Shown here: positions 20,386 through 28,622 of the stretch, in pieces
Position numbering within the stretch: position 1 is the first letter of the stretch
Layout of the letters: each line of letters starts with the position of its first letter
Assembly (NCBI GenBank): GCA_013289615.1
Contig: JABCZO010000005.1
Span: forward strand, 54,371-118,370
Source: Gammaproteobacteria bacterium
GTDB lineage: Bacteria > Pseudomonadota > Gammaproteobacteria > Steroidobacterales > Steroidobacteraceae
Direction of reading: 5' to 3'
DNA length: 64,000 nt
Made by a program: the position numbers and the translations under genes
The notes under the pieces: model-generated
Databases searched by the model: none
Told to the model about the DNA's origin: nothing
The model's input: only the letters and a program-made list of their open reading frames with translations

Positions 20386-20934
20386 TCATATGACGCGCGC
20401 GGATGCGTGCGCGGCCGGTTTGGCCGCCCCGCTGACACGCTCGCGGCGCTCTTTTTCGAGTTTACGACGGATGCGCTCACGCTTCAGGCCCGACAGGTAG
20501 TCGACGAACAGCTTGCCGGCGAGGTGGTCGATCTCGTGCTGCAGGCACACTGCCGCCAGACCTTCCAGTTCGCGCTCAAACGGCTCGCCGTCCTGGTCCT
20601 GCGCGCGCACCTGAACCCGCGCCGCGCGCTCGACCTGCTCGAAAACGTTGGGCACCGACAGGCAGCCTTCTTCCGACACCTCGAGCCCGTCGCGTGCCAC
20701 AATCTCGGGGTTGATGTAGACCTGAGGCTGATGCTTCTCGGCGCTCACATCCATCACCAGCAGCCGCCGGTGGACATTGACCTGCGTGGCTGCCAGTCCG
20801 ATGCCAGGGGCGGCGTACATGGTTTGCAGCATGTCTGCGATCAGCCGTTTGAGGGCGGCATCGAACTGCTGCACCGGCTCGGCGCGGGTGCGCAGCCGAG
20901 GATCGGGGAATTCCAGTATCGGCAGCAAGGCCAT
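20386..20934 (-). CDS. def: Peptide deformylase
   Basis: All three conserved motifs are present: [14 protein letters not shown] and HEIDHL. Confidence 0.95.
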   Translation of the reverse strand: MALLPILEFPDPRLRTRAEPVQQFDAALKRLIADMLQTMYAAPGIGLAATQVNVHRRLLVMDVSAEKHQPQVYINPEIVARDGLEVSEEGCLSVPNVFEQVERAARVQVRAQDQDGEPFERELEGLAAVCLQHEIDHLAGKLFVDYLSGLKRERIRRKLEKERRERVSGAAKPAAHASARVI

Positions 20935-20953
20935 CGGTGCTCTCTGTTACGGT

Positions 20954-20979
20954 TCTGTAACGTGGGTCTGTAACGTGGG
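20954..20979. repeat. Perfect 13-bp tandem direct repeat (tctgtaacgtggg x2) in the def leader / divergent promoter region
   Basis: Positions 20954-20966 and 20967-20979 are identical. A degenerate third copy (tctgttacgg) lies at 20943-20952. The repeats start 20 nt upstream of the def ATG (minus strand). Confidence 0.85.
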
Positions 20980-21070
20980 GAAATATGCCAAGATTTCAAG
21001 CATCATGGGCCAAATGACCCACGACGTGACCCAGTGCACAAAGTTGGCAATTAAGCATGTGCGTTTACCC

Positions 21071-21090
21071 GCTGTTAAGTTTATAACAGC
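21071..21090. promoter_or_regulatory. Palindrome gctgtta-N6-taacagc upstream of the LysM lipoprotein gene
   Basis: Read directly as gctgttaagtttataacagc, with 7-bp arms. It lies about 40 nt upstream of ATG 21131 in an AT-rich intergenic region. Confidence 0.5.
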
Positions 21091-21130
21091 TGTACCAGAA
21101 GGCCCTACCCGATCCCAAGAGGTAGCAGGG

Positions 21131-22360
21131 ATGTATTTGAATCAAGCTTTCGGTGTCCAACGGGCCCTACGGCTCTGCGCCACCTTCACCGCACTGCTGG
21201 CCTTCGGCGGCTGTTCGATGTTCCATCATGGCGAGCGCCAGGCCGCCGCGCCACCGCCTCCCGCCAGGCAGGCCGAGACGACGGCCGCGCCCGAACCGGA
21301 AACGGTCACCGAAGCCCTGGGCGACGTGCCCGATGAGGCCGGCGCGACCACGGTGATGGGCGATGCCGGATCGGCCCTGAAGCCCACCGCCCCCAGGAGC
21401 TACGTGGTGCGGCGCGGGGATACCCTCTGGGGCATAGCCAATACCTTCCTGCGCGATCCATGGCTGTGGCCTGAGATCTGGTACATCAACCCCGACATTC
21501 ACAACCCGCATCGTATCTACCCAGGCGATAGCGTGCGCCTGGCGCTGCGCGGTGACGGCCGCACCTCGATCGAGATCGTGCGTGGAGCCAGCGGGTCGGC
21601 TGCGCGTCTACAACCGATGCTGCGCAGCGTTCCGCTCGAGGGACCGATCGCGACCATACCCTATTCGCAGATCGCTGCATTCCTGTCGCGGCCGGGCGTG
21701 CTGACCGGCGATGAGGTCAAGGCGGCGCCGTACGTACTGGCGCTACGCGACAATCATCAGATTGCCGGCTCCGGCTACGACCTGTACGTGAAGAAACTCG
21801 ATGGCCAGACCGGCGCTCGCTATAGCGTCATGCATATCGATGAGCCGCTGAACGATCCGCAGAGCGGGCGCAAGCTGGGATACCTTGCCATCTACACCGG
21901 CACCGTGCAGCTCACTCGGCCCGGCGACGTGGCCAAGGTCACGTTGACCGACTCGGCGCGCGAGACGCTGCAGGGCGACGTGCTGATCGCCGAGGAGATG
22001 AGTCCGGCCAATGACTTTGCGCCGCACGGACCGTCACGACCGCTCGACGGCCGCATCATTGCGGTGGTCGATAATGTCCTGGTCGCCGGCCAGTACGAAG
22101 TCGTGGCGCTCAATCGCGGCTCGCAGGACGGCCTGGATCGCGGCACCGTGCTGACGGTGGATCTGGCCGGGGAGACGATCAGCGATCACTGCGCCAAGAT
22201 CGATGGCGAGAGCACCTGCTGGGTTCCGCACAGCGAGCGCCTGCCCGACGAGAGTTCCGGCACGCTGCTGGTATTCAAGACCTATGAGCGCATGAGCTAC
22301 GCGCTCATTTTCAGCGACACGGTGCCGATCAACATCGGCGATCGCGTGCGCAATCCCTAG
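21131..22360 (+). CDS. LysM peptidoglycan-binding lipoprotein
   Basis: The internal ATG at 21131 gives MYLNQAFGVQRALRLCATFTALLAFGGC (lipobox). The LysM motif is YVVRRGDTLWGIANTFLRDPWLWPEIW...IYPGDSVRL. Confidence 0.85.
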   Translation: MYLNQAFGVQRALRLCATFTALLAFGGCSMFHHGERQAAAPPPPARQAETTAAPEPETVTEALGDVPDEAGATTVMGDAGSALKPTAPRSYVVRRGDTLWGIANTFLRDPWLWPEIWYINPDIHNPHRIYPGDSVRLALRGDGRTSIEIVRGASGSAARLQPMLRSVPLEGPIATIPYSQIAAFLSRPGVLTGDEVKAAPYVLALRDNHQIAGSGYDLYVKKLDGQTGARYSVMHIDEPLNDPQSGRKLGYLAIYTGTVQLTRPGDVAKVTLTDSARETLQGDVLIAEEMSPANDFAPHGPSRPLDGRIIAVVDNVLVAGQYEVVALNRGSQDGLDRGTVLTVDLAGETISDHCAKIDGESTCWVPHSERLPDESSGTLLVFKTYERMSYALIFSDTVPINIGDRVRNP

Positions 22361-22431
22361 CCATCCTTAGATAGCGCACTCTTCGGGCCGCAAGCCCCGG
22401 TTTCACGCGTCTTTGTGTCGTTTGCCCGGCT

Positions 22432-23592
22432 ATGCGCCGGGCATCATCGCTCTATGCTGGCAGCCGAATGGATGCGCTGGACATGCAGCTCGCCCTTGGA
22501 CGCGCCCCCGGACTGACTGCGCAGCAGTTGCGGCGTGCACTGTCGGGGCTCCACGGCCGGCATGATTGTTCGAGCGGGCTGCAGGCATTGTTCCGGCAAT
22601 GCAGAAGCAGCCTCGAGTCGCTCGGACTGGCCGCGGCCGCGGCCGCGGCGCTGCAGGCACCGGACACGGTGCGCATAGGCGCAGATCGCCGCTGGGTCGA
22701 CAGCGAGTGCATCCGCCTGATCGACGCTGCCGGGCCGCTCTATCCGCCACAGTTGGCGCAGGCGCCAGGGGCGCCGGCTGTGCTGTATGTCAAGGGTGAT
22801 GCCGGCTGCCTGACGACACCGCAACTGGCGATGGTAGGAAGCCGCCATCCGACGCTGCCGGGTGAGCGCACGGCGCGCGCATTCGCGTCCACTCTTGCCG
22901 GCGCCGGACTGACGATCACCAGCGGCCTGGCGATCGGCATCGACGCTGCCAGCCATGAGGGTGCGCTCGAGACCGGGGGCGCGACCATCGCGGTCCTCGG
23001 CACCGGCATCGATGTCATTTATCCGCGCCAGCACCGAACGCTGGCCGCGCGCATTGCCGAGCGCGGTGCGCTGGTGAGCGAGTTTCCACCCGGTTCGCCG
23101 CCGATCAGGGCCAACTTTCCGCGCCGCAACCGCATCATCAGCGGCCTGTGCCTGGGCACGCTGGTGGTCGAGGCGGCGCGCCATAGCGGCTCGCTGATCA
23201 CCGCGCGACTGGCGCTCGAGCAGGGACGCGAGGTGTTTGCGATCCCCGGTTCGATCCACAATCCACTTGCCCGGGGCTGTCATGCACTGATCAGGAGCGG
23301 CGCCAAACTCGTGGAATGCGTCGATGATATCCTCCGCGAGCTTAAATTTAGTTCAATAAAACAAGATGATACGAGGGTCCCGAGGGACTGCGGGGCAGGC
23401 GGTGCGACAGCCGCGCGGTTGGACAAGGCGTACAAAATCCTGTTAGATGCCCTTGGGTTTGAGCCGGCCAGCCTCGATATGCTGGTGGATCGAACCGGCC
23501 TTCCAAGCCAATCCGTGGCCGCCATGTTGCTGTATCTGGAGCTCGAGGACGTCGTTGGATTGCACTCGGGCGGTCGCTACGTGCGCTTGTAG
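22432..23592 (+). CDS. dprA: DNA-processing protein DprA (Smf)
   Basis: The Rossmann-like core has GLAIGIDAASHEGAL and HSGSLITA. There is a C-terminal winged-helix-like extension. The start is uncertain (ATG 22432 or ATG 22468). Confidence 0.88.
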   Translation: MRRASSLYAGSRMDALDMQLALGRAPGLTAQQLRRALSGLHGRHDCSSGLQALFRQCRSSLESLGLAAAAAAALQAPDTVRIGADRRWVDSECIRLIDAAGPLYPPQLAQAPGAPAVLYVKGDAGCLTTPQLAMVGSRHPTLPGERTARAFASTLAGAGLTITSGLAIGIDAASHEGALETGGATIAVLGTGIDVIYPRQHRTLAARIAERGALVSEFPPGSPPIRANFPRRNRIISGLCLGTLVVEAARHSGSLITARLALEQGREVFAIPGSIHNPLARGCHALIRSGAKLVECVDDILRELKFSSIKQDDTRVPRDCGAGGATAARLDKAYKILLDALGFEPASLDMLVDRTGLPSQSVAAMLLYLELEDVVGLHSGGRYVRL

Positions 23593-23637
23593 GCGCCGCG
23601 GCGGCAGCATGGCGACACCGGTCATCGTTATATTTGA

Positions 23638-24114
23638 GTGACCATGGACAACAGCGTTTTCGACATTCTTATCTACGTCTTTGACCGCTACATGTTCGAA
23701 GAGCTGCCCGCCAGCGCTGAGCGGGAGACGCTCGCGCGCGATCTGGAGAGCGCCGGTTTCGGCGAGGCCAATGTGGAGCGCGCGCTCGACTGGCTGGCGG
23801 ACCTCGCCGCCGAGCGTGAGCGTCCGAACCTGCGCGGCGACGGCAGCTTCCGGGTGTTTGCTCCGCAGGAACTCACCCGCCTGGACGCCCAGTGCCGTGG
23901 CCTGCTGGTGTCGCTCGAGGCCGGCGGCATCCTCTCTCCGGGCCAGCGCGAGATCGTGATCGATCGGCTGCTGGCGCTCGATACCGATGAACTCGATCTG
24001 GAACAGGTCAAGTGGGTGGTGTTGATGGTCTTATCTAGCCAACCTGGGCAAGAACTGGCGTACGCGAGGATGGAAGATCTGGTATTTGATGTGCCGCATC
24101 ACGAGCCGCATTGA
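23638..24114 (+). CDS. smg: Smg (DUF494) protein
   Basis: The N-terminus (FDILIYVFDRYMFEE), the size (158 aa) and the dprA-smg-topA order are all typical of this family. Confidence 0.85.
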   Translation: MTMDNSVFDILIYVFDRYMFEELPASAERETLARDLESAGFGEANVERALDWLADLAAERERPNLRGDGSFRVFAPQELTRLDAQCRGLLVSLEAGGILSPGQREIVIDRLLALDTDELDLEQVKWVVLMVLSSQPGQELAYARMEDLVFDVPHHEPH

Positions 24115-24142
24115 GCCTTAGCTCGCAGCACCCGGCAACAAC

Positions 24143-24172
24143 CCGCGGCTCGTCCGCGGTTTTTCGTTTTTG
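24143..24172 (+). terminator. Rho-independent terminator/attenuator between smg and topA
   Basis: A GC stem ccgcgg (24143-48) pairs with ccgcgg (24154-59) across the loop ctcgt. It is followed by tttttcgttttt. Confidence 0.7.
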
Positions 24173-24193
24173 GCTCCGTCACACGGTAGAGGC

Positions 24194-26845
24194 ATGGCTG
24201 ACAATCTGGTAATCGTCGAATCTCCGGCCAAGGCGCGGACCATCAAGAAATACCTGGGCAAGGATTTCGAGGTACTGGCCTCGTACGGCCACGTCCGCGA
24301 TCTGGTGCCGAAGGAAGGCGCGGTCGATCCCGACGATGGCTTCGCGATGAAATATCAATTGGTGGAACGCAACGAGCGCCACGTCGAAGCCATCGCCAAA
24401 GCGCTGAAAAAGGCCAAGTCGCTGCACCTGGCGACCGACCCCGATCGCGAGGGCGAGGCCATTGCCTGGCACCTGTACGAGATCCTCAAGCTGCGTGGCG
24501 AGCTCAAGCACAAGGATGTTCATCGCGTCGTGTTTCATGAGATCACGCGCAATGCGGTACGCGAAGCGGTTGCCTCACCGCGTGACCTGTCGCTCGACCT
24601 GGTGAATGCGCAGCAGGCGCGCCGCGCGCTCGACTACCTGGTCGGTTTCAATCTGTCGCCGCTGCTGTGGAAGAAGGTGCGGCGCGGACTGTCGGCCGGC
24701 CGGGTGCAAAGTCCCGCGCTGCGCATGATCTGCGAGCGCGAAGCGGAAATCGCCGCCTTCGAGCCGCGCGAGTACTGGAGCATCGATGCCATCGGCGAGC
24801 ACAGCGAGCAGTCCTTTCCGCTCAAGCTGATCGAATTCAAGGGCGAAAAGGTCGAACAGTTCAGCTTCACCAACCAGGCCGTGGCGCGCGCCGCCGAGCA
24901 CAGCCTCAAGGCCGCTGCCGGTCCGCAAGGCGCACTCACGGTGCTGCAGGTCGATCGCAAGCAGCGCCGGCGCAATCCCGCCCCGCCGTTCACGACCTCG
25001 ACGCTGCAGCAGGAAGCCTCGCGCAAGCTCGGCTTCTCCGCACAACGCACCATGCGCCTGGCCCAGCAGCTGTATGAGGGCGTGGACACCGGCGAGGGCA
25101 ACGTCGGTCTGATTACCTATATGCGCACCGACTCGGTGTCGCTGGCGGCCGAGGCGGTGCAGGAGATTCGCGAGGTCATTGCGAAGCTCTATGGCCCGGA
25201 GGCGGTGGCGGAAGAGCCGCGGGTATACAAGACAAAATCCAAGAATGCGCAGGAAGCGCACGAGGCGATTCGCCCAACCTCGGCCAGCATCATCCCGGCG
25301 GACATCGAGCGCCACCTGGAGGCGGACCAGTTCAAGCTGTATTCGCTGATCTGGAAACGCGCGGTGGCCTGCCAGATGGCGCACGCGCTGTTCGACACGG
25401 TCGCGGTGGACATCCTGGCCGGCGCCGATGGGCCGCAGCGTCATGTGCTGCGCGCCAATGGCTCGACGCTGGTCAAGCCGGGGTACATCGCCGTCTATCA
25501 GGAAGGCCGCGACGATGCGGCCGACGACGAAAGCGACCAGGTGCTGCCGCGCATGGAGGCCGGCGATGCCGTCAAGCTGCTCGAGGTGCAGCCGCAACAG
25601 CATTTTACCGAGCCGCCGCCGCGTTTTACCGAGGCCTCGCTGGTCAAGGCGCTCGAAGAGTACGGCATCGGCCGACCCTCAACCTACGCCTCGATCATCT
25701 CCACGCTGCGCGATCGCGAATACGTGGAAATAGAAAACCGCCGGTTCACGGCCACCGACATCGGCAAGATCGTCAATCGCTTCCTGAGCGAGCACTTCCA
25801 CCAATACGTCGACTATGGGTTTACCGCTGCTATGGAAGATGAGCTCGACGCCGTGGCGCGCGGCGAGGAAGACTGGACCACGCCGCTGTCCAAGTTCTGG
25901 AAACCCTTCATCAAGCAGGTCGACAGCGTCGAGAAGAATGTCTCGCGTGAACAGGTGGCGCAGTCGCGCGAGCTCGGTCGCGACCAGGTCAGCGGCAAAC
26001 CGATGACGGTGCGCATGGGCCGTTTCGGCCCGTTCGTGCAAATCGGCACCAAGGACGATGTCGACAAGCCGCGCTTCGCCGGCCTGCGCCCGGGTCAGAA
26101 GATGGACAAGATCACGCTCGAGGAGGCGCTGGCGCTGTTCGTATTGCCGCGCACGCTGGGCAGCACGGCCGAAGGCGAGCCCATTCTTGCCAACGTCGGC
26201 CGCTTCGGCCCGTACATCAAGTACGGCAGCAAGTACGTTTCGCTCAAGGACGACGACCCGTATACCGTAACGCTGGAACGGGCGCTCGAATGCATCCAGG
26301 CCAAGAAGCTCGCCGATGCCAACCGTATCATTCAGGACTTCGGCGTCGACGGCATTCAGGTGCTCAATGGCCGTTACGGGCCGTATATCAGCAATGGCGA
26401 GAAGAACGCGCGCATTCCAAAGGACCGCGATCCAAAGGCACTGACACTCGAGGACAGCCGAGCGCTGCTGGCGGCGGCCCCGGCGCGGCCGCTGCGAGGC
26501 CGTGGCCGCTTCGCGGCAAAGAAGGCTGCCAGCAAGCCCGAGACGACGCCGGACGCCATGTCGGAGGCAAAGCCGCCCGGCCGCCGGCCGCGCGCTGCAG
26601 CGGTGCGCACGAGCGCGGGCGCTGCGCTTGCGGCCACGGGCGCGCCGACCCCGCACACCGTCCGCCCTGCGCCGGCAGCGACTGCGTCGCCGAAGGCTGC
26701 GAAGAAAAAGGCGCCCAACGCCAGGCCGGCGCTGCGTCCGAGCACCAAGGCCGCGGCCAAGTCGGCCGCGCGGCCGTCAGCAAAGGCTGCCGCCGGTGCG
26801 GGCGGCGGATCCGCGGGCACCAAGAAGGCCGCGGGCGCCGCCTAG
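24194..26845 (+). CDS. topA: DNA topoisomerase I (Cys-free C-terminal repeat type, with a basic tail)
   Basis: It has a TOPRIM N-terminus (LVIVESPAKARTIKKYLG), the active-site Tyr region GLITYMRTDS and C-terminal GRFGPF / GRFGPY / GRYGPY repeats. The last 110 aa or so are rich in Lys, Ala and Pro. The start was set at ATG 24194. Confidence 0.93.
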   Translation: MADNLVIVESPAKARTIKKYLGKDFEVLASYGHVRDLVPKEGAVDPDDGFAMKYQLVERNERHVEAIAKALKKAKSLHLATDPDREGEAIAWHLYEILKLRGELKHKDVHRVVFHEITRNAVREAVASPRDLSLDLVNAQQARRALDYLVGFNLSPLLWKKVRRGLSAGRVQSPALRMICEREAEIAAFEPREYWSIDAIGEHSEQSFPLKLIEFKGEKVEQFSFTNQAVARAAEHSLKAAAGPQGALTVLQVDRKQRRRNPAPPFTTSTLQQEASRKLGFSAQRTMRLAQQLYEGVDTGEGNVGLITYMRTDSVSLAAEAVQEIREVIAKLYGPEAVAEEPRVYKTKSKNAQEAHEAIRPTSASIIPADIERHLEADQFKLYSLIWKRAVACQMAHALFDTVAVDILAGADGPQRHVLRANGSTLVKPGYIAVYQEGRDDAADDESDQVLPRMEAGDAVKLLEVQPQQHFTEPPPRFTEASLVKALEEYGIGRPSTYASIISTLRDREYVEIENRRFTATDIGKIVNRFLSEHFHQYVDYGFTAAMEDELDAVARGEEDWTTPLSKFWKPFIKQVDSVEKNVSREQVAQSRELGRDQVSGKPMTVRMGRFGPFVQIGTKDDVDKPRFAGLRPGQKMDKITLEEALALFVLPRTLGSTAEGEPILANVGRFGPYIKYGSKYVSLKDDDPYTVTLERALECIQAKKLADANRIIQDFGVDGIQVLNGRYGPYISNGEKNARIPKDRDPKALTLEDSRALLAAAPARPLRGRGRFAAKKAASKPETTPDAMSEAKPPGRRPRAAAVRTSAGAALAATGAPTPHTVRPAPAATASPKAAKKKAPNARPALRPSTKAAAKSAARPSAKAAAGAGGGSAGTKKAAGAA

Positions 26846-26920
26846 GGTTCAACGGCGGCAGGCGCGCGCGGCGCCTTGGCTGGGCACAAGATGGGGTGTT
26901 GAGCCTCTGGCGTCACGAAC

Positions 26921-27796
26921 ATGAAGTATCGTCACAGCTTCCATGCCGGAAACTTCGCCGACGTACACAAGCATGTCGCGTTGCTGGCGCTGTTGCGCAT
27001 CATGCAGCGCAAGGACAAGGGCTTCCTGTATCTGGACACTCACGCCGGTGCCGGTCGCTACGACCTGGCCGGGCCGGACGCACACCATGGCACAGAAGCA
27101 CGCCATGGCATCACCGCGTTGATGAATGCGGCGGCGATGCCACAGGCGCAGGAGATCAACGACTACCGCGGCGCGGTCGCGGCATTGCGCGCCGAGATCG
27201 GCGATGCCCATGCCTATCCCGGCTCGCCGTGGCTCGCCGCGCACACGCTGCGAGCGCAGGACCGTGGCATCTGTTGGGAAATCCTGCCATCGGAATGCCG
27301 CGCACTCGAGCGCGCGCTCGGCGGCTTTCGGCGCATGCGCGTCGAATGCGCCGACGGCTACCAGCAACTGTCCGCGGTACTGCCGTCACGCGAGCGACGC
27401 TGCCTGCTGCTGATCGATCCGCCGTACGAAAATCCATCAGCAGAGCTCGATCAGGCGGTGCAGAACATCCTCAGCAGCCTGCAACGACTCGCCAACACCG
27501 TGATCATGATGTGGTATCCGATCAAGGATGAACGCACCGTCACGCCGTGGCTGGCGCGCGTAGAGCGCGCGCTGTCGGCTCCTGCACTTAGCCTTGAGCT
27601 CTGGATCTACCCGCGGGATTCGCGCGTCGGGCTCAACGGCTCCGGCCTGCTGCTGGTCAACCCGCCGTATCAGTTCGATCAGCGCAGCGCGCTGTGGCAG
27701 CCGGAGCTGCATGCCATGCTCGACAAGGGGCAGCAAGGAGGCTGCGCGCTGCAATGGCTGGTGCGCGCTTCCGATGTCGATCATGCCGGCGCCTGA
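26921..27796 (+). CDS. rlmJ: 23S rRNA (adenine2030-N6)-methyltransferase
   Basis: The N-terminus is MKYRHSFHAGNFADVHKH and the catalytic motif is LIDPPYE. Confidence 0.88.
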   Translation: MKYRHSFHAGNFADVHKHVALLALLRIMQRKDKGFLYLDTHAGAGRYDLAGPDAHHGTEARHGITALMNAAAMPQAQEINDYRGAVAALRAEIGDAHAYPGSPWLAAHTLRAQDRGICWEILPSECRALERALGGFRRMRVECADGYQQLSAVLPSRERRCLLLIDPPYENPSAELDQAVQNILSSLQRLANTVIMMWYPIKDERTVTPWLARVERALSAPALSLELWIYPRDSRVGLNGSGLLLVNPPYQFDQRSALWQPELHAMLDKGQQGGCALQWLVRASDVDHAGA

Positions 27797-28616
27797 CCGT
27801 TACGCGGTGATTGGTCATCCGATCGCGCATAGCCGCTCGCCGCAGATCCATGCCCTGTTTGCGCAGCAGACTCATCAGCACATGATGTATAGCGCGATCG
27901 ATGTGGCGCCGGAGGACCTGGCGCCGTGCGTGCGCGAGTTCTTTGCCGCCGGCGGTTGCGGCCTCAACGTCACGGTGCCGCATAAGGAGACGGTGCTTGC
28001 ATTGACCGGCAGGTTGAGCCCGCGCGCCCGGATCGCCGGCGCGGCAAATACCATCGTGAAGGAGGCGGGCGGGCGGCTGATGGCCGACAACACCGACGGC
28101 GCCGGCCTGGTACGCGACCTGACACATAACCTGCGGATTGCGGTGAACGCGCGGCGTGTGCTGCTGCTCGGCGCAGGCGGCGCAGCACGCGGCGTGCTGG
28201 CACCGCTACTCGGGCTCATGCCGCGCGAACTGGTCATCGCCAACCGCGGCGTCGAGCGTGCGCAGGGGCTTGCAAATACCTTCGCCTCGCTCGGTCCGGT
28301 GAGCGCCACCGGCTATGCCGAGCTCGATGGCGCCGGTTTCGACCTGATCGTCAATGCGACCGCGGCCAGCCTTCACTCACAGCTTCCGCCGCTGCCGGCG
28401 TGCGTGCTCGGCCCGACCACGATCTGCTACGATCTGGTATATGCGAACGCCGACACCTGCTTCACGCGCTGGGCGCGCGAACACGGCGCGGCGCAGGCTC
28501 ACATGGGTCTCGGCATGCTGGTGGAACAGGCCGCCGAATCCTTTAGCCTGTGGCGCGGGGTGCGACCGGATACCGCATCGGTGCTGTCGCTACTGCGGCA
28601 ACACAGTCCGCCCTGA
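27783..28616 (+). CDS. aroE: Shikimate dehydrogenase
   Basis: Motifs present: AVIGHPIAHSRSPQIH, NVTVPHKE, NTDGAG and GAGGAARG. The start (ATG 27783 or 27774) overlaps the end of rlmJ. Confidence 0.9.
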   Translation: MPAPDRYAVIGHPIAHSRSPQIHALFAQQTHQHMMYSAIDVAPEDLAPCVREFFAAGGCGLNVTVPHKETVLALTGRLSPRARIAGAANTIVKEAGGRLMADNTDGAGLVRDLTHNLRIAVNARRVLLLGAGGAARGVLAPLLGLMPRELVIANRGVERAQGLANTFASLGPVSATGYAELDGAGFDLIVNATAASLHSQLPPLPACVLGPTTICYDLVYANADTCFTRWAREHGAAQAHMGLGMLVEQAAESFSLWRGVRPDTASVLSLLRQHSPP

Positions 28617-28622
28617 GTCCAA

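Noticed and set aside
21072-21089. The CTGT...ACAG palindrome considered as a LexA SOS box upstream of the LysM-dprA operon.
   Set aside because: The gammaproteobacterial SOS box is CTG-N10-CAG (CTGT-N8-ACAG), whereas this element is CTG-N12-CAG. I kept it only as a generic palindromic operator candidate.
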